This document shows, one piece after another, positions 45,550 through 60,240 of a DNA stretch of 64,000 nt. This DNA comes from the human T2T-CHM13v2.0 reference genome, Homo sapiens. Below the pieces are notes generated by a model that saw only the letters and a program-made list of their open reading frames with translations, did not search any database and was not told where the DNA came from. Position 1 is the first letter of the stretch. Every line of letters begins with the position of its first letter. The position numbers and the translations under genes are program-made. The stretch is from assembly GCF_009914755.1 (NCBI RefSeq), contig NC_060941.1, one strand, 5' to 3'.

Positions 45550-48500
45550 TGGGTCCTCGTGGCCACTGTTCCCGGCCTCCTGGCGCTGAGGCTCCACGCA
45601 GCACTCTACCGGCGCCTCCCCCCGGCCCCCGCCCCCCGCCCAGACCCTAGGGCTTTTCCCCTTCTCTCCCCCAGGCGTTCTGCTTGGTTTGCCGGGATCC
45701 CAGGCGTCTGCTCAAACTCAACACGGACTGGCTCACATTTTTTTAAACAAAAGCAATTAGATTTCAATCCCGGTTCATCTGCATTTGCACCTCCAAATGG
45801 GGGGGCAGGGGGAGAGGGAAAGGATGGGGAGCGCGGCGGCGGCGAGTGGCACCTTCCGAGCGCTGCAGCTGGCCGGGCAGCCATTGCGCCGGCCACATCT
45901 GGCCCGGGCTGAACGGCCGCCGCGGCCCCCTCCCCGCCGGCTCCCGGGGCCCGCGCGCCGCAGCCCGCTCGGCGGCGCGCTCATCGATCGCCGGGGCCGC
46001 GGCCGGGCGAGCGGAGAACAAGGTATAGCCTGTATTTAGGTTCCTGCCCTTATATGGCGATGTGCGCGAGCGCCCGCCGAGCGGCCGCACCATATAAGGG
46101 CACGCGGCGGGCGCCGGGCTGAGCTGGTGCGCGCTCATTGGCCCGCGCGTCTCTCGGCAACCGGCTCTCACGAGTGGAAACCAGCCAGCCGCCCCCGCCC
46201 GCTCCCCGCCCCCTCCCTTTCTTTCTCCCCGGGTATCTCCGCTCCTCGCCTCCGCACCCCCTTCGTTGCTTAACCCCCCTTTTTGCCTGCACCCTCTCCC
46301 CAATTTTTCTTCCCGCGGCCTTCCTCCTCCCTTTGCCTCGTTGTCATTCTTCTCCCGTGGCCGCTTGGCCTGTCCTCTCCCGCTCCGCGCACGCTCCCAC
46401 TCCCACCCCACGCACCCCCTCCCCAAACCCGGCGAGCAACGGCGGAGGAGCGGGAAGGCCCGGATGCGGGAGGGGAGCTTGTGTGCGTGTGTGTCTGTGC
46501 GTGTGTGTGTGTGTGCGTGTGTGTGTGTGTGTGAGAGTGTGTCGCTGCCGCAGTAGCCGCTGCAGCATCAGGTTCACTGCGTGCACGCACGGGGCTCTGG
46601 GAACAGTCCGAGACCGCCCCCCCCCCACCCCCCTCCGCCACCTCCCCCCTAGATAATCAGAGCAATTAGCTGCAAAAGAAATGTGCTTCCGAGGCTAGGG
46701 AAGTGCTAAATCATAAACAGCCCTAGATACCTCCAAATTAGCATCTCCCAGGGTGTCCCTTCGGGCTGGATTTCTGAATGCAATCATAATAATGGTAAAT
46801 CGATGTCTCATTTAAAGGTTACTTTAAAAACCTGCCAATTGTTGAGGAAAAAAAAACCCCTGCGTGCGGGGAGAAAAATGCACTAGGAGAACCACTCTGG
46901 GGTTTCCAGGCAGAATGCAGTGGAGCGGTGGCTGCGGGTTGTTGGTCAGGTGCCCAGCGCCGGGCCCACCCGCGGGATGGGAGCGGGCGAAGAGAGAAGG
47001 CGTAGCTATTCCTCTGGGGATAAGGCTCTCGATCGCCTCAAACTCAGGCAGAAAGGGCACTGCGGATTCGGGGGCGCCCCTCGCCCCCTCCCCAACCCGC
47101 CGAGGCGCGCGCACGCGCACGCATGCACAGGTGTCCGGCTGACCCCTCTGGGGCTGTCACGGTTCCGGCGCGCGTGTTCTGGCGACGCCGTGGGGGCCAG
47201 AGCCATCCTCTCGGGGACCCACTCCTGTCCTGAGTTCACCCAAAGGGAACCGCTAAGACAATGGACACCCTAGTGCCCTTAGGGACTGTGCCTGTGACCG
47301 AGCTCGCCTCTAGGGCTGCCGCCTGCGGGAGGCGCCCGGCGATGCCCCCTGCTGGGCAGCCTGCGCCTGGAACACCGCGCAGGTGGGGGTCGCGTGGGAG
47401 GGCCAGCTAGAGTGGGGGATGGGGACCAGGGCGCGATGACCAGCGCGACCTCCGCCCGTCTTGGGCATCCTCCCTTACCCTCGTCCTCCTTCTCTTCAAA
47501 ATCTCAAATTCCCTAACCTGGTCCCTACCAGAGGAAGGTGGTGGAAGCGGGCACTGCCAGGGAACGAGGGTGCTAGATTGGGGAGGGCGCTGCCTGCTGG
47601 ATCGAGTTAGCTTCGGCCGCCTCCTCCTTGCTGTTTCTGCGGAAGGAAGCGCTGCGGCGGCGGCAGCCCTTGGTGCCAGCATGTATCCCTCCCTGACCTT
47701 AGCTGAGATTCGCTGCCGCGGTGTTTTGCCCAGAAGAAAGCTGTTTCCCTCCAGACTAGGGACTGGGGAGTGCCCTTGGGGCGGAGAGTTTGCCTGGGTT
47801 TTCGCCCAGCGCCGGACCTCTGCCATTGAGACCTCTTCAGGTCCTGGAAAATCCATGGATACCCGGGTGCTGCCTCTTGGTGCCCCCGAAGTACACCATC
47901 CCTGACCCGCTCTCCCCACGCCCATTTAGCCAGGTCATTTATAATAGATCCCCATCTTCAAGTTTCTGCGTGCTTAGGTACATGGATTCCTCCGCCCAGG
48001 TGGGGGAGGGGGAATGCGGACCCCCGGATGTCCCCCGACTTCTCTCTGCACAGGGACGTGTCTCAAATGCGCCTTTTCTTCTCTGTTCTTAAACCCCAGG
48101 AGCAGAAGCGCTCCCGAATCTGGAAACCCCTTTTCCTGACCTGTTGGCTCCTGGTCCCTGGCCCCTGCCCTCTTATACACTGAATTTGAATTTTCCAGGC
48201 GCTGGTGGTGAAATCAGAAGAGTCGAGAACGCAGCTGGCGGAGAGGGATGAGAGAGAAACTTGCAGAAAGGGAAAAATAAAGCACCAAGTCTACAGGCAC
48301 ACCTCTCCCCGGCCGGCCCGGCCCGCTGGGGCCTGGGTTCCTTTGGGTTGGGGAAGTGGGGGTACGAACCCACGCGGCTGTGCCAAGGGGTCCCAACTCC
48401 GGAGTCCAACCCCACCCACCAGTCCTCTGTGCGCACTTTTCGTTTATTTCTCAGCAGTCTCAGTCCTGGAGCTCCTGGGGCGATTTCGTCCCCTGCCCTG

Positions 48501-51500
48501 GTGCGCCCCCGGGCCCTGCCCTGAGCCCATGCCCCAGGCCGGGTGTCCAGTTCACCCTGAGCTCCCCTTGGCGCCCGGAGAAGGGTGCTCGGGCCCGGGT
48601 GCTGGGGAGCGGCGGGGTGGCCGCCGGCGCCTCTTCGGCGCGGATGGCTCTCGGCGGGGCCGAGGAGGGGGTCGCAGAGCGGCTCCCCGCCGAGAGGAGG
48701 GTGGGCGCTCGGCACCTGCTGAGCTACGGTGGTGGCTGCGGTTTATGGCGCCCGAGGATCCACCCGGATCTTCTCCGCGGAGTTCCGGGCTTGGCTCGTC
48801 TGTAGTCAGCACGCACACAGCTTTGTTATTTGTTATTTTTTTAATTTTTCTGCGGGGAGCATCGGGGCTAGCCCGCCCAGCTCCAACGCCAGAGGGTGTG
48901 GGGGAGACTGATTTCTAAATGGGTGGGAGCGACACACGGTCACCGAGGTCAACACCCCATTAACATTTCCCCACCGGAGCGCCGCGACCTCGCGAGGGCA
49001 CCGGGCACCGGGGTGGGGGTGGGGACAGACCGAGCGCGCCCTTCCTGCGCAGTCCCCGGCCGCCCCCACCCCGTGCCCCCTCTGCCCGCAGGTAACCGCC
49101 CCTCCCCCGCTCGCCCCGCGGCCGCCCCCGCCCGCTCCCCCGGGAGGGTCCCTGCGCCCGGCCGAGCGTCCCCGGGCGGGCACCGAGAGCGGGGCTGGGG
49201 GCTGCGGCGCCCGCCCCCGCCGGGGCAGCGTGGCGACTGGCGCCGCTTTGGCAGCCATTTTCTGCAGCTGCCGCGGCCGGGGCTCTGCGGAGTGAGGCGG
49301 AGGCTGCAGCCGCCAGACAGAGGCGGCGGGGGCGGCGGGCGCGGGGTCACCGGCGGGGGGGCGCCCGGCGGCCGGAGGGGGGCGGGGCGGGCGCTGTCGC
49401 CGGTGCCCCCGCCCCTCCCCCTGCTGCATTGCAGGCAGAGCGGGGCCGCTCCGCGTGGCGAGCGCCTGCGATCCCACCCTTTCCCCGCCATCTTGTACCC
49501 CGGCTGGCGCCTTCCCAAAGCGGAGCTGCCGCAGACAAAGCCCGCCCCGGGCCGGCGGGGGCCCCTGCAGCCCACCCGGGCTGCGCGGCCTGGGGGCCCC
49601 CGAGGCCCGCACCCTCGCCCCGCCCCTCCCGGGGGCCGGCGCGCCCCCCCTCGCCCCAAGGGGGGCTCTGCATGCGGCGACCACTCACCCAGCCCCAGAG
49701 GGCCGGCCGGGACCCCCCCTTCCACTCCCGATCGCCAGACTGGACCCGCGCCCAAGCCCCAGCACCAGCCCACCCTGGTTGCTGGAAGGAGTAGGGGTTC
49801 CCACAGGCGCGGCACAGATGAGGGCTGGGGACTTTTTCTAGCTCTGGGTTCCTTCTCTCTTCTGATGGGGTTGGGGGGGTCACTAGCCCTAGAGCCCCCA
49901 TCGCCCCCTCCTAGGGCCAGCCCCACGCGCCAATTTTCCCACGGAAGAACCGCAAGAAAGACGGCAGCGTGGGCGGCTCTCGAGACCCCCCCCGCCCCCC
50001 CGCCCAGCAGCTGCTGAAACCGGGAAAATTGGGCACTCCATTCTCTCAGATGGGAGCACTATCGCCTCAATCCCCCAGCCCTCTCGGTCCTTTCCCTCGA
50101 CGCTCCTACACAGGAACTCGGGACCTAGGCCCTGGGCTGCTGTGTGGGGAGTGAGGCACCTCTTCCTCAGCCCAGAAACACCGAGAACCCGGTGCCTAGC
50201 AGCCTATGTTATCAAGCATGCCACTCCTTGATAGGAAATTTGCTCCCCAATGATTCCATTTTCCTGTCTCCAAGTCCTCAGGCCTGGCATTGGGATGGGA
50301 GCATCCAAGGTCCTGTCCACAACAACCGATCGTATTTCCTGGGGACAGCTCGACCCCCAGGGGAGCACGTGGCCACCAGCTCTGCCGCCTTCCTCCTCCT
50401 GAGACCGACCCTAGGAGTCCTCGTGCCCCAGTCTACCTAGACTCCCAGGAGCGTCCGGCCGGAAGAGACAGTGGGAGATGAGGAAACTGAGATTGGGAGG
50501 GGGACGTGATGGGGTAAGGCCATTCCTAAGGCTTGTGGCAGAGCTGCCTCTTCACCCCACCCCCATTTCTTTCAGATGCGGAGATCAAAGCCCAGGCTCA
50601 CTGGTGGGTCGGGAGCTCACTCCTCCAAGTACACTTGGCCAACCTCGGGGAGCCCGGCGGCGGCGGGAGGGGCGCGGGCACCTGGGGGATGGGGGTGGGG
50701 AGCGGCCAGTCTGCTGGTCCACACCTGAAAACGGGGTTTCCCCGACCGGATGCCTGCCGTCCCCCCGCCTCCACTGTGCGGGGTCGCCTGCTAGGGTCGG
50801 GAAAGGACCCTCCACCGCCACCCTCGGGGTTCGGTCCTCCCCCACCAACGTCTGCCAGTCCGCGTGGATTCCGAGCCCGGCTCCGGAAACCAGTCTGACC
50901 ACTTCGCCCATTTCCCAAGCCTCCCCGGGCGGCGGCCGGCCAGCTTCCATGGTGCGGTGAGCCAGGCTCGGCCGCCGCCTCGGCCGCCCTGCGATGAATG
51001 GCTCTGCCCAGAAGGCCGGCGTCCAAGCGACGCTCCCGCCCGCGCGCCCGGGGCCTCCAGGCCGCTCCCCGCCCCGTGTCCCCACATTGCGAAACGGACG
51101 GTCGGATGCTCCGCTCCAGGGCCGGGGTCGCCTGTCCCCTGCCGACCTGGCGCAGAGCCGCCTTCTGCACCCGGCCCCGTGCCGCCCTGGGGTTGCTTAC
51201 AGCCGGGCTGTGCCACCGAGCTGAGCCCGGAATCGAATGGCGGGCCGCGGAAAAGGCGGCCAGGCCCGCAGGGGCGACTGCTCGAGGTCCCAGAACAGCG
51301 CCCGGGGAGCCCCAGGCCGGCCTCGAGGGGACCGCGGGCGGGACAGGAGGGGAACAGCTGGCATCGGCGCCCGGCTTCAGCTGCCCGACTGCGGTGGGCG
51401 GGTAGGCACGTTCCCCCGCAGCCACCCGCGCACGGGTTTCCAAGGCGTCAAGGGCAATTCACCTGGTCGCTGCAAGAAAGCGACTGCGCCCCCACGTCCA

Positions 51501-52150
51501 GCCAGCCGCCTTGTCCATGAGAACCACCTGGAGGGCAGGGTCCAGTGCCCGGGTGCCACCCGCCACGTGGTGACGGCTCTGGGATGGCACAGGCTCGTGC
51601 GTGGCCGCCGGGCTGCCGTCTCGGCCCCTGTGCGGGTCTGCGCTTTGGCGGCCGCCGAGCCGAGGGGAGAAAATGGCCGGTGGCGCGGGGCCCGGCCGAG
51701 GGTCGCGGGAGGGCTGGCAGGCGCGGCCGCTGGAGGGGCGCCGCTCTCAGGGCTCGGTCAGGCGGCCCCTGCGACTCCTGGTGCCCGGCTGGGACACGTG
51801 GGGCCGGCTTTGCGGAGTCAGCAGGGCCAAGGTGCGCGGGGTGCGCTCCCCCCCGGAACCCCGCCCCTTCTCACCCCATCTCGCTTTTTTGGGAGAGGAG
51901 AGTGGAGCCGTCAGCACCCACTGGCAGTGTCGGTGCTGTGCTGGGAGTCCTCCCAGACCAGCCCACTCCTCCTGGTTTGAGCTTCCGATCCATCCCTACT
52001 CCTTTACGGTTCTTCTTCCCCGTAGTTAACCTGCGGAGAGGAGGAGGTACTGTCTCCGCACAAGGTACTGCGGAGGTACCTTGCGGAGGAACCTTGCGGA
52101 GGAGGTACTGCGGTGGGGAGGCAGGGGGGAGGCGCATCTGCCTCCGCACA
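45550..52150. promoter_or_regulatory. Large orphan CpG island cluster with dual CArG boxes (46048-46057, 46090-46099), CCAAT (46137-46141) and YY1 motifs (49251-49261, 49485-49495)
   Basis: CpG-dense, no recognisable coding exon; motifs read directly. Confidence 0.75.
46480..46542. repeat. Imperfect (GT)n microsatellite within the CpG island
   Basis: Directly visible. Confidence 0.9.
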
Positions 52151-53429
52151 AGGGGCCTAATGGCTTGCTTATTCCTTCTAGGCCAGGTTGAAAGGTTTTT
52201 AAAAGCAGGTGGGGGTGCCAGGATAGTGAGAAAAACAAGAAAAGACACTGCTTTTTACCCCATGCGGGGCAGAGCTGGTCTCCTTTCTGCAGGTGTTGAG
52301 GGGAGTTGAGTAGGAGCCCAGAGCTGGTACAGGCCCCGTTTAACGTGCCCCCGCAGAGTGAGGGCTGGGGGTCACCCCATAGGCAGGGGAGCCCTTCTGG
52401 GAGGGAATTCCTGCTTAGGTGGGAGGTTGACCTGAATGACATCTAGGTCCTCTACCTCCCAGATGCCGAATTTTCAGGGAAGGAACCAAATGGATGTATG
52501 GCCCATGCCTGGGTTTGAATCCCAGTTCTGGCCTTCATTCCTCCAGGCCTCCATTTCCTTGTCTGCACTATGGGGCCATGGTGAGAACTCTGAAATAACA
52601 CCAACTGCCTGGTGCTTGGTAGGTGCCACATTACAAAAGCGGTGGGAAGGAGGCCCTTTGGTTTCCATGTCGGTGGTCATGTCCCACAGTCCCCGTTGCC
52701 ATCCTGATTATGGAAAACTTCATTTCATGCTCCAAATGTTCCTCAATTCCTGGCACTGTTCTAGGTCCTGCACCCAGGCTGGTATGAAAAAGGTGCCGAG
52801 AAGGTCCCATGCATCACCAGCCTGGAGGTAGCAGCAGAAGGGAAACCAGTGCCTCTGAGAGTGGGCAACTGTGCCCCATCCACCTCCTCTTCTTCTTGGA
52901 GATCTCAAGATAAGACAAGAGACATCAACCTGGGATTGGGTTTCTGGGCAGAGAGTAAAAGTGAGCTCCTTCTGCCTGTGCACGCAGCTTCCCTCGGTAC
53001 TGGGATAGCCGAGATCCCTTACTAGAAGCAGCTCACAAAACCTCCCCCAGTTACTGGGATAGCCCAGACACCTTCCTAGGGCAGCAGCGGAAGAAAGAAG
53101 GGGACAAAATACCAACGACCAGAAAGAAGAAAGAACTTAGCCTCAGTCACCAGCCACTGGGAGCTGATAGTAACTGAAGGGATGGAAAGCCCTCTGGGAC
53201 AGTTTTAGTGGGAGCCCTCCAGAGCCTGGAGAGACTGCAGGTGGAGCAGGAAGGTGGGGAAGAATTAGAGCAGTGACCCCGGCCACTTTTGGCCTCACGG
53301 TTCTGCACAATGAGACATTGCTCATCTTCAGAGAACCGTGCCATTCTGGCCATCTGGCATCCTAGACAATTTTCCACTGTCTCTCAGTATCCAGCCATCC
53401 AGCCATCTAGCCTCCTAACTACTTCTCTG

Positions 53430-53700
53430 TGCTGGTCCAGCCCAGTGCTCAGAGTTAGGATATTTTTATGAATAAAACAGACCTAGCTTCTGCCCTCGTG
53501 GAGCTTACAGCGTGGGGCAAAAGGAGACTGATCAAAATGCCACACACATGTAATTTACAACCTTGGGAAGTGCCAAGAAGGGGAAGTGTTGGGTGCCACT
53601 GAGAACATTCACAGAGGTTAACCTGGGGCTGAGGTGGAGGAAAGGTCAGATGGAAGCTGTCTAACCACCCTGGGCTTCTGGCTTAGGATGTGTAGGGCTA
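53430..53700. mobile_element. L2 LINE remnant
   Basis: atgaataaaacagacctagcttctgccctcgtggagcttaca motif. Confidence 0.55.
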
Positions 53701-54369
53701 GCAGCTCAGCCCATGAGGTTGTGTCTTGAACTTGGGTATTGATGGAATAGCTATAGAAACAGAACAACCATGAAGTGAAGATGGTGAATGAAGATCCTCT
53801 CATCAGCTTGCGATTGCATGACAGAGGAGGCTGCAAGGACACTCAGGTGTGAAGACGGGTGAGTTGCCAGTTCTGGAGTGCAGATGTGGTTACCAGCAGC
53901 CTCTGTTTTGGAGGCTACTCTGAAGCCATATTCAGCTTGGGAGGCCTCCTGCAGGGTTGACCCAGTTCTGGAACAAACCAAGGTGTTTGGGTCTGAACCA
54001 GGGCCTGAGCAGATCCCATCCCATATCCAGCTGAACTGTCTCACCCAGTCTGCATTGAGTATCGGTCCCAAGTGGAGGCCACAGGAAGAAGTGCTGTTCC
54101 CTAGTGGTCTTAGATGCTTCATCAGCTAAAGCGTGGGGCTCAGTCTCCTGGTGTCCACCTGTAAAATGAAAGTGGTGTCCCAGAGTCTCTCCAAAGCTCC
54201 TTGTGGTGACTCTATGGTCCTAAGAAACCGTTCACTTTATAGGCCTATCTCAGTGCACAGCTGATGCCTCTGATGCAGGGGTGGCTGTGGCTGTGCTGCC
54301 GCTCCTATGGGGGAGGCATCCTGGCCAGCACGCTCTTTGCACCTGATGACTCCCTACGGCAGCTGCACA

Positions 54370-54590
54370 GCACTGCAGTTAGAAGCCCAGGCCACGTGGA
54401 TTTCAGCCCCGGCCCTACCACTCAGTAGCTGTGTGACCCTGGGCCAGGTGTTTGACCTCCCAAGGCACCCATTTCCTCATGGAGGTAATAATAGTATCTA
54501 TAACCTCAGTTTACCACACGGATGAAAAGACAATGCATGTAAGGGTTCCTCCGCGGCACCTGGCTCAGTGAGCAATCTGTAATTGTGAGC
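54370..54590. mobile_element. MIR SINE remnant
   Basis: agctgtgtgaccctgggccaggtgtttgacctc...aatgcatgtaaag. Confidence 0.6.
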
Positions 54591-56232
54591 TGTTGTCATT
54601 AAGAGGCCGTGGGAACACTAGTCGGTGGTGTGTATATCCAGGGGTGGGTGTTGCTTCTGGCATCTCTCCTAAATTCAAGCTGATGATGAAAGTCATCAGA
54701 GAGACAGAACAAAATACCCCACAAGCTATGACAAAAGGAACCTGTATTTCATAAATCAGAGAAGAGTAAAGGACAGAGACCAAAGCCAATAACTAGTGTT
54801 TAAACATGCAGAGAGAAAGAGAGACAGAGAGAGAGATGTTTCCTCTGCCTTCCACTACCATGGGCAGGTGGGAAATACCACCGACCCTGGGGACCCTGGG
54901 ATGGTCCCTGAGTGGGCCGTGTGCCAGGAGCCTGGCCAGAGAGCCAAGAGTGGTCATGGCCCCCTGGGAGTTCTACTCTTTTCTAGGCAGCAGCAGTGAC
55001 TGAGACCTTGTACACAAAACTCATTCATTCAATCAGTATTTATCTAGGACTTCCAGAAACAGTGCTAAGCTGTGCTGGAGAGTGATAGTAAAAAAGACAC
55101 AGTCCCTACCAGCGAGAGACATTGGGTCCAGCTGATGAGTAAGACAAGCCAACAGAGTAGGGCAACAAGACCAGGATCCCTTCGGGGCATTACTGAGCAC
55201 ACGGCCTCGGTCTGGAATTCTGGACACATTCTTCACCTTAACTGGGGGTGCATTGGGGATTTAAAACCCCCAAGAGCCAGGGATCTTTCCCACCCAAGCT
55301 AATTTCTGGGCAGCTGTGCCACTGCAGGGCATGCAGAAGGAAGAGAGCCTTCCAGAGGAAAGTCGCCTTGTTCCTTGCTTTGTGACCCTCATCTCTGCGA
55401 GGTAGAGAAGAAAAGGAGGGCTCTTCCATCGGGAGCTTCCAAGGTTCCGGGTGAGAGCTAGCCAGCTCTGCATTTGGAGCAGAGAGAGGTAAGCGGCCCA
55501 AGCCTGCTGAGCCTGCGAGGTGCTTCGGGAAGGGCCACTCTGGAAAGCATTATTTATAGATCTGACTGTTTGCCCACTCTTATCTTGAAGACAGGAATTT
55601 GGGACACTAGGTCACAAGTTGGTCTCTTCCTTTGTCAGCAGTCCATTCAACATGGCAATGCCCACACCCACCTCACAAGGCATGGATGACACAAAGAGAT
55701 GGCTTGCCTGCAAGAGACCCAGCTGGTCTGGAGTTGGAGGCACACTTCATTTCTCTGCCCAGCTCGGCAGGCGGCTGGAGCAAACCAGGAGATCGCCTCA
55801 AATGTTTTAAATGTCAATATGGTCCCTTCTTGCTGGCTTGCCAAGATTTGACCAGCTAAATTGGCCTGTGTGGTGTGTTCACTGCAGTGCACGGTACGAA
55901 TTTAGATCTTTCATCAATGCTGTAAGGGAGGCTGGACAGCCGTCAACAGCAGCATGCAAATTCCCAGGGATGCTGTTCTGAAGGCTTCCACCTCCATCTT
56001 GAGAGCTACTTCCTGTCTCTTTGGGGCTTCAGTTTCCATAAAGGCCCTCATTGAACCCTTGGGCCCTAATTGGATTGGGGAAGAGACCAGTCCCATTTGG
56101 GAGACCACAGTGCCTTCAGCACCCTTGGCAAACTTCTTGGGTGCTGCAGTCCTGCCTAATGCCAGCCTTCTAGCAAGGCCTAGGGCGGGTCTGTCATTCC
56201 CACAGTGTCATATGTGCCAGGGGACAACCTAA

Positions 56233-56757
<525 letters not shown>

Positions 56758-57239
56758 CCGAGGGTGCTTTAGTTTTAGAATCTTCTCATTATAGGTGTGG
56801 TTGAATGTTTCTGGGACCCAAGCTGTCACCAGGAGCTGGCCCCGTCATGACAAAATAATTCACCCCTTCCAATCTACCCTTCCCTAGATGAGATAAAAAT
56901 GACTGGGCATCCAGATTAATGACTGGATCACATGCAGGAACGTACTGGCTGTGAGCAGCCCTGGGCCAGGGCAGAGGTGAACTTGACAATCATGTGGACG
57001 CTGGCTTTTGATTACTGCTTCTTCTGGGCTCACGCTACCCAGGGCTCTCTTTAGACCATCTCTAGGTGAACTTTCTGCCCCAGGAATGATCACCTCCATT
57101 TTACTGGTGAGAGGTTCAAGGACTTCCCTTCCTTCTTTCCTCCCTTCCCCTTCTCTCCACTTCCTTCTCCTTCCCTCCTACATCATTTTTCCCTTTCCTT
57201 TCTTCCTCCCTTCCTTTAGCAAATAGCCCTGGAGCAGCT

Positions 57240-57540
57240 GACCGGTTCTAGGAGCTGAGAACAGGGTGATGGGTAAGAGGGACAAGGGCTTGCTCTCACG
57301 GTGTTTACATTCTAGTGGGGGCAGGAGACAAGTCAACAGATCAATAATTTCAGATAAGAACAGCTGCTCTAAGAAGAACAACTGGGGAGTGAGATGCAGT
57401 CCACTTTAGGCCGGTGGTTGGGGACGGCTTCTCTTGAGAGGTGGCATTTAGGGGACTAAATGGTAACAATGAGCTGGCCTTGGGCAGGTCTGGGGGCAGA
57501 GCCATCAGTGCCAGGGCACAGAGCTAGGAAATGCAGAGCA
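57240..57540. mobile_element. L2 LINE remnant
   Basis: tgctctcacggtgtttacattctagtggggg...agac motif. Confidence 0.55.
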
Positions 57541-58049
57541 GCTGGTACCCACGACTGGTCTTGCCTGAACCCCTAATCCTTGCTCTTTCTGCCACATCCT
57601 GCTTTCCCACTTGGCCAAAGAATTGTGGTTGGCCAAAGGTGGGGCTAAGCTGTGCAGTGGGAGGGGCCAGGCTGAGCTGGAGGTGGCCAGGAGCCTCCTG
57701 GTACAGGGCCCTGGTGCCAGTGTCCTCACCCTCCCAGAATCCTGTTCATTTGTGTTGAGGACATGGGGTGAAGGATCTGAAAATGCATGCGCAGGCAGAC
57801 GACCCACCCAGGCCATTCACAGCCGCAGCAGTTTGGGACTCTCCGCTTGGCCCAGGTAGGGAGGCACTTGCGGTCCTTCCCAGGCCTGCCGTGAGGCTCC
57901 AGGGCCAGCGCCTATCCCCAGCCCCAAGGAGGCACTCCGAAGAACCTATTTTAAATCTCAGCTCAGCATTTTTGGCCAACTTACAGAGAAGCTGCAAGAT
58001 GAGTAAAGGAACTTGCCTATATTTTTTATCTAGATTTACCAGTTGTTGA

Positions 58050-58421
<372 letters not shown>

Positions 58422-58943
58422 TTCCCACATATTTTTTTCTGAACCATTTGAGAGTCCGTTGGAGACCTTGTGCCCTTTCTGCCTGCATACTTTGGGGTAG
58501 TGTGTTTTCCCTGAGATCAAGGACAAGATCTTACACAACAACCACAGTGCAATGGCCAGAATCAGGATGTTTAACATCAATCCAATACTGTTGTCTAACC
58601 CACAGTCCAGATGCCGTTTTCTCAGTCTCCTCAATAATGCTCTTTATAACTCACTTCTCTTTTCTGTTCCAAGAGCAAAGGATCCTGCGCTCATTCTGCG
58701 CCCTCTCCCTCTGGTCTCCTTTGCGCTGGGCAGGACCTTGGCCTCTCTCTGTGTTCTTTCACCTTGGCTTCTGAAGAGTACGCATCTGGGATTTCTTCGT
58801 GGTTGGATTCGGGCGCTGCGTTCTGGCGGGAAAACCGCTGGAATGACACTACGGACTTCTGGGTGCGGCTTCTCAGTGTTGGGAGGCCCACGATGGCAGT
58901 TTGGCCCATCATTGGTAACACTGGCTTTGATCCTTCCAATGTG

Positions 58944-60240
<1,297 letters not shown>

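Noticed and set aside
45139-52309. 200-370-aa ORFs in the orphan CpG islands; possible extra CBX paralogue or pseudogene
   Set aside because: Compositionally biased; I found no chromodomain or Pc box motif (YLVKW, WEPEEN, VTDVT) in the supplied translations
52990-53080. Degenerate ~55-bp duplication (TACTGGGATAGCC x2)
   Set aside because: Only two diverged copies and no evident functional context
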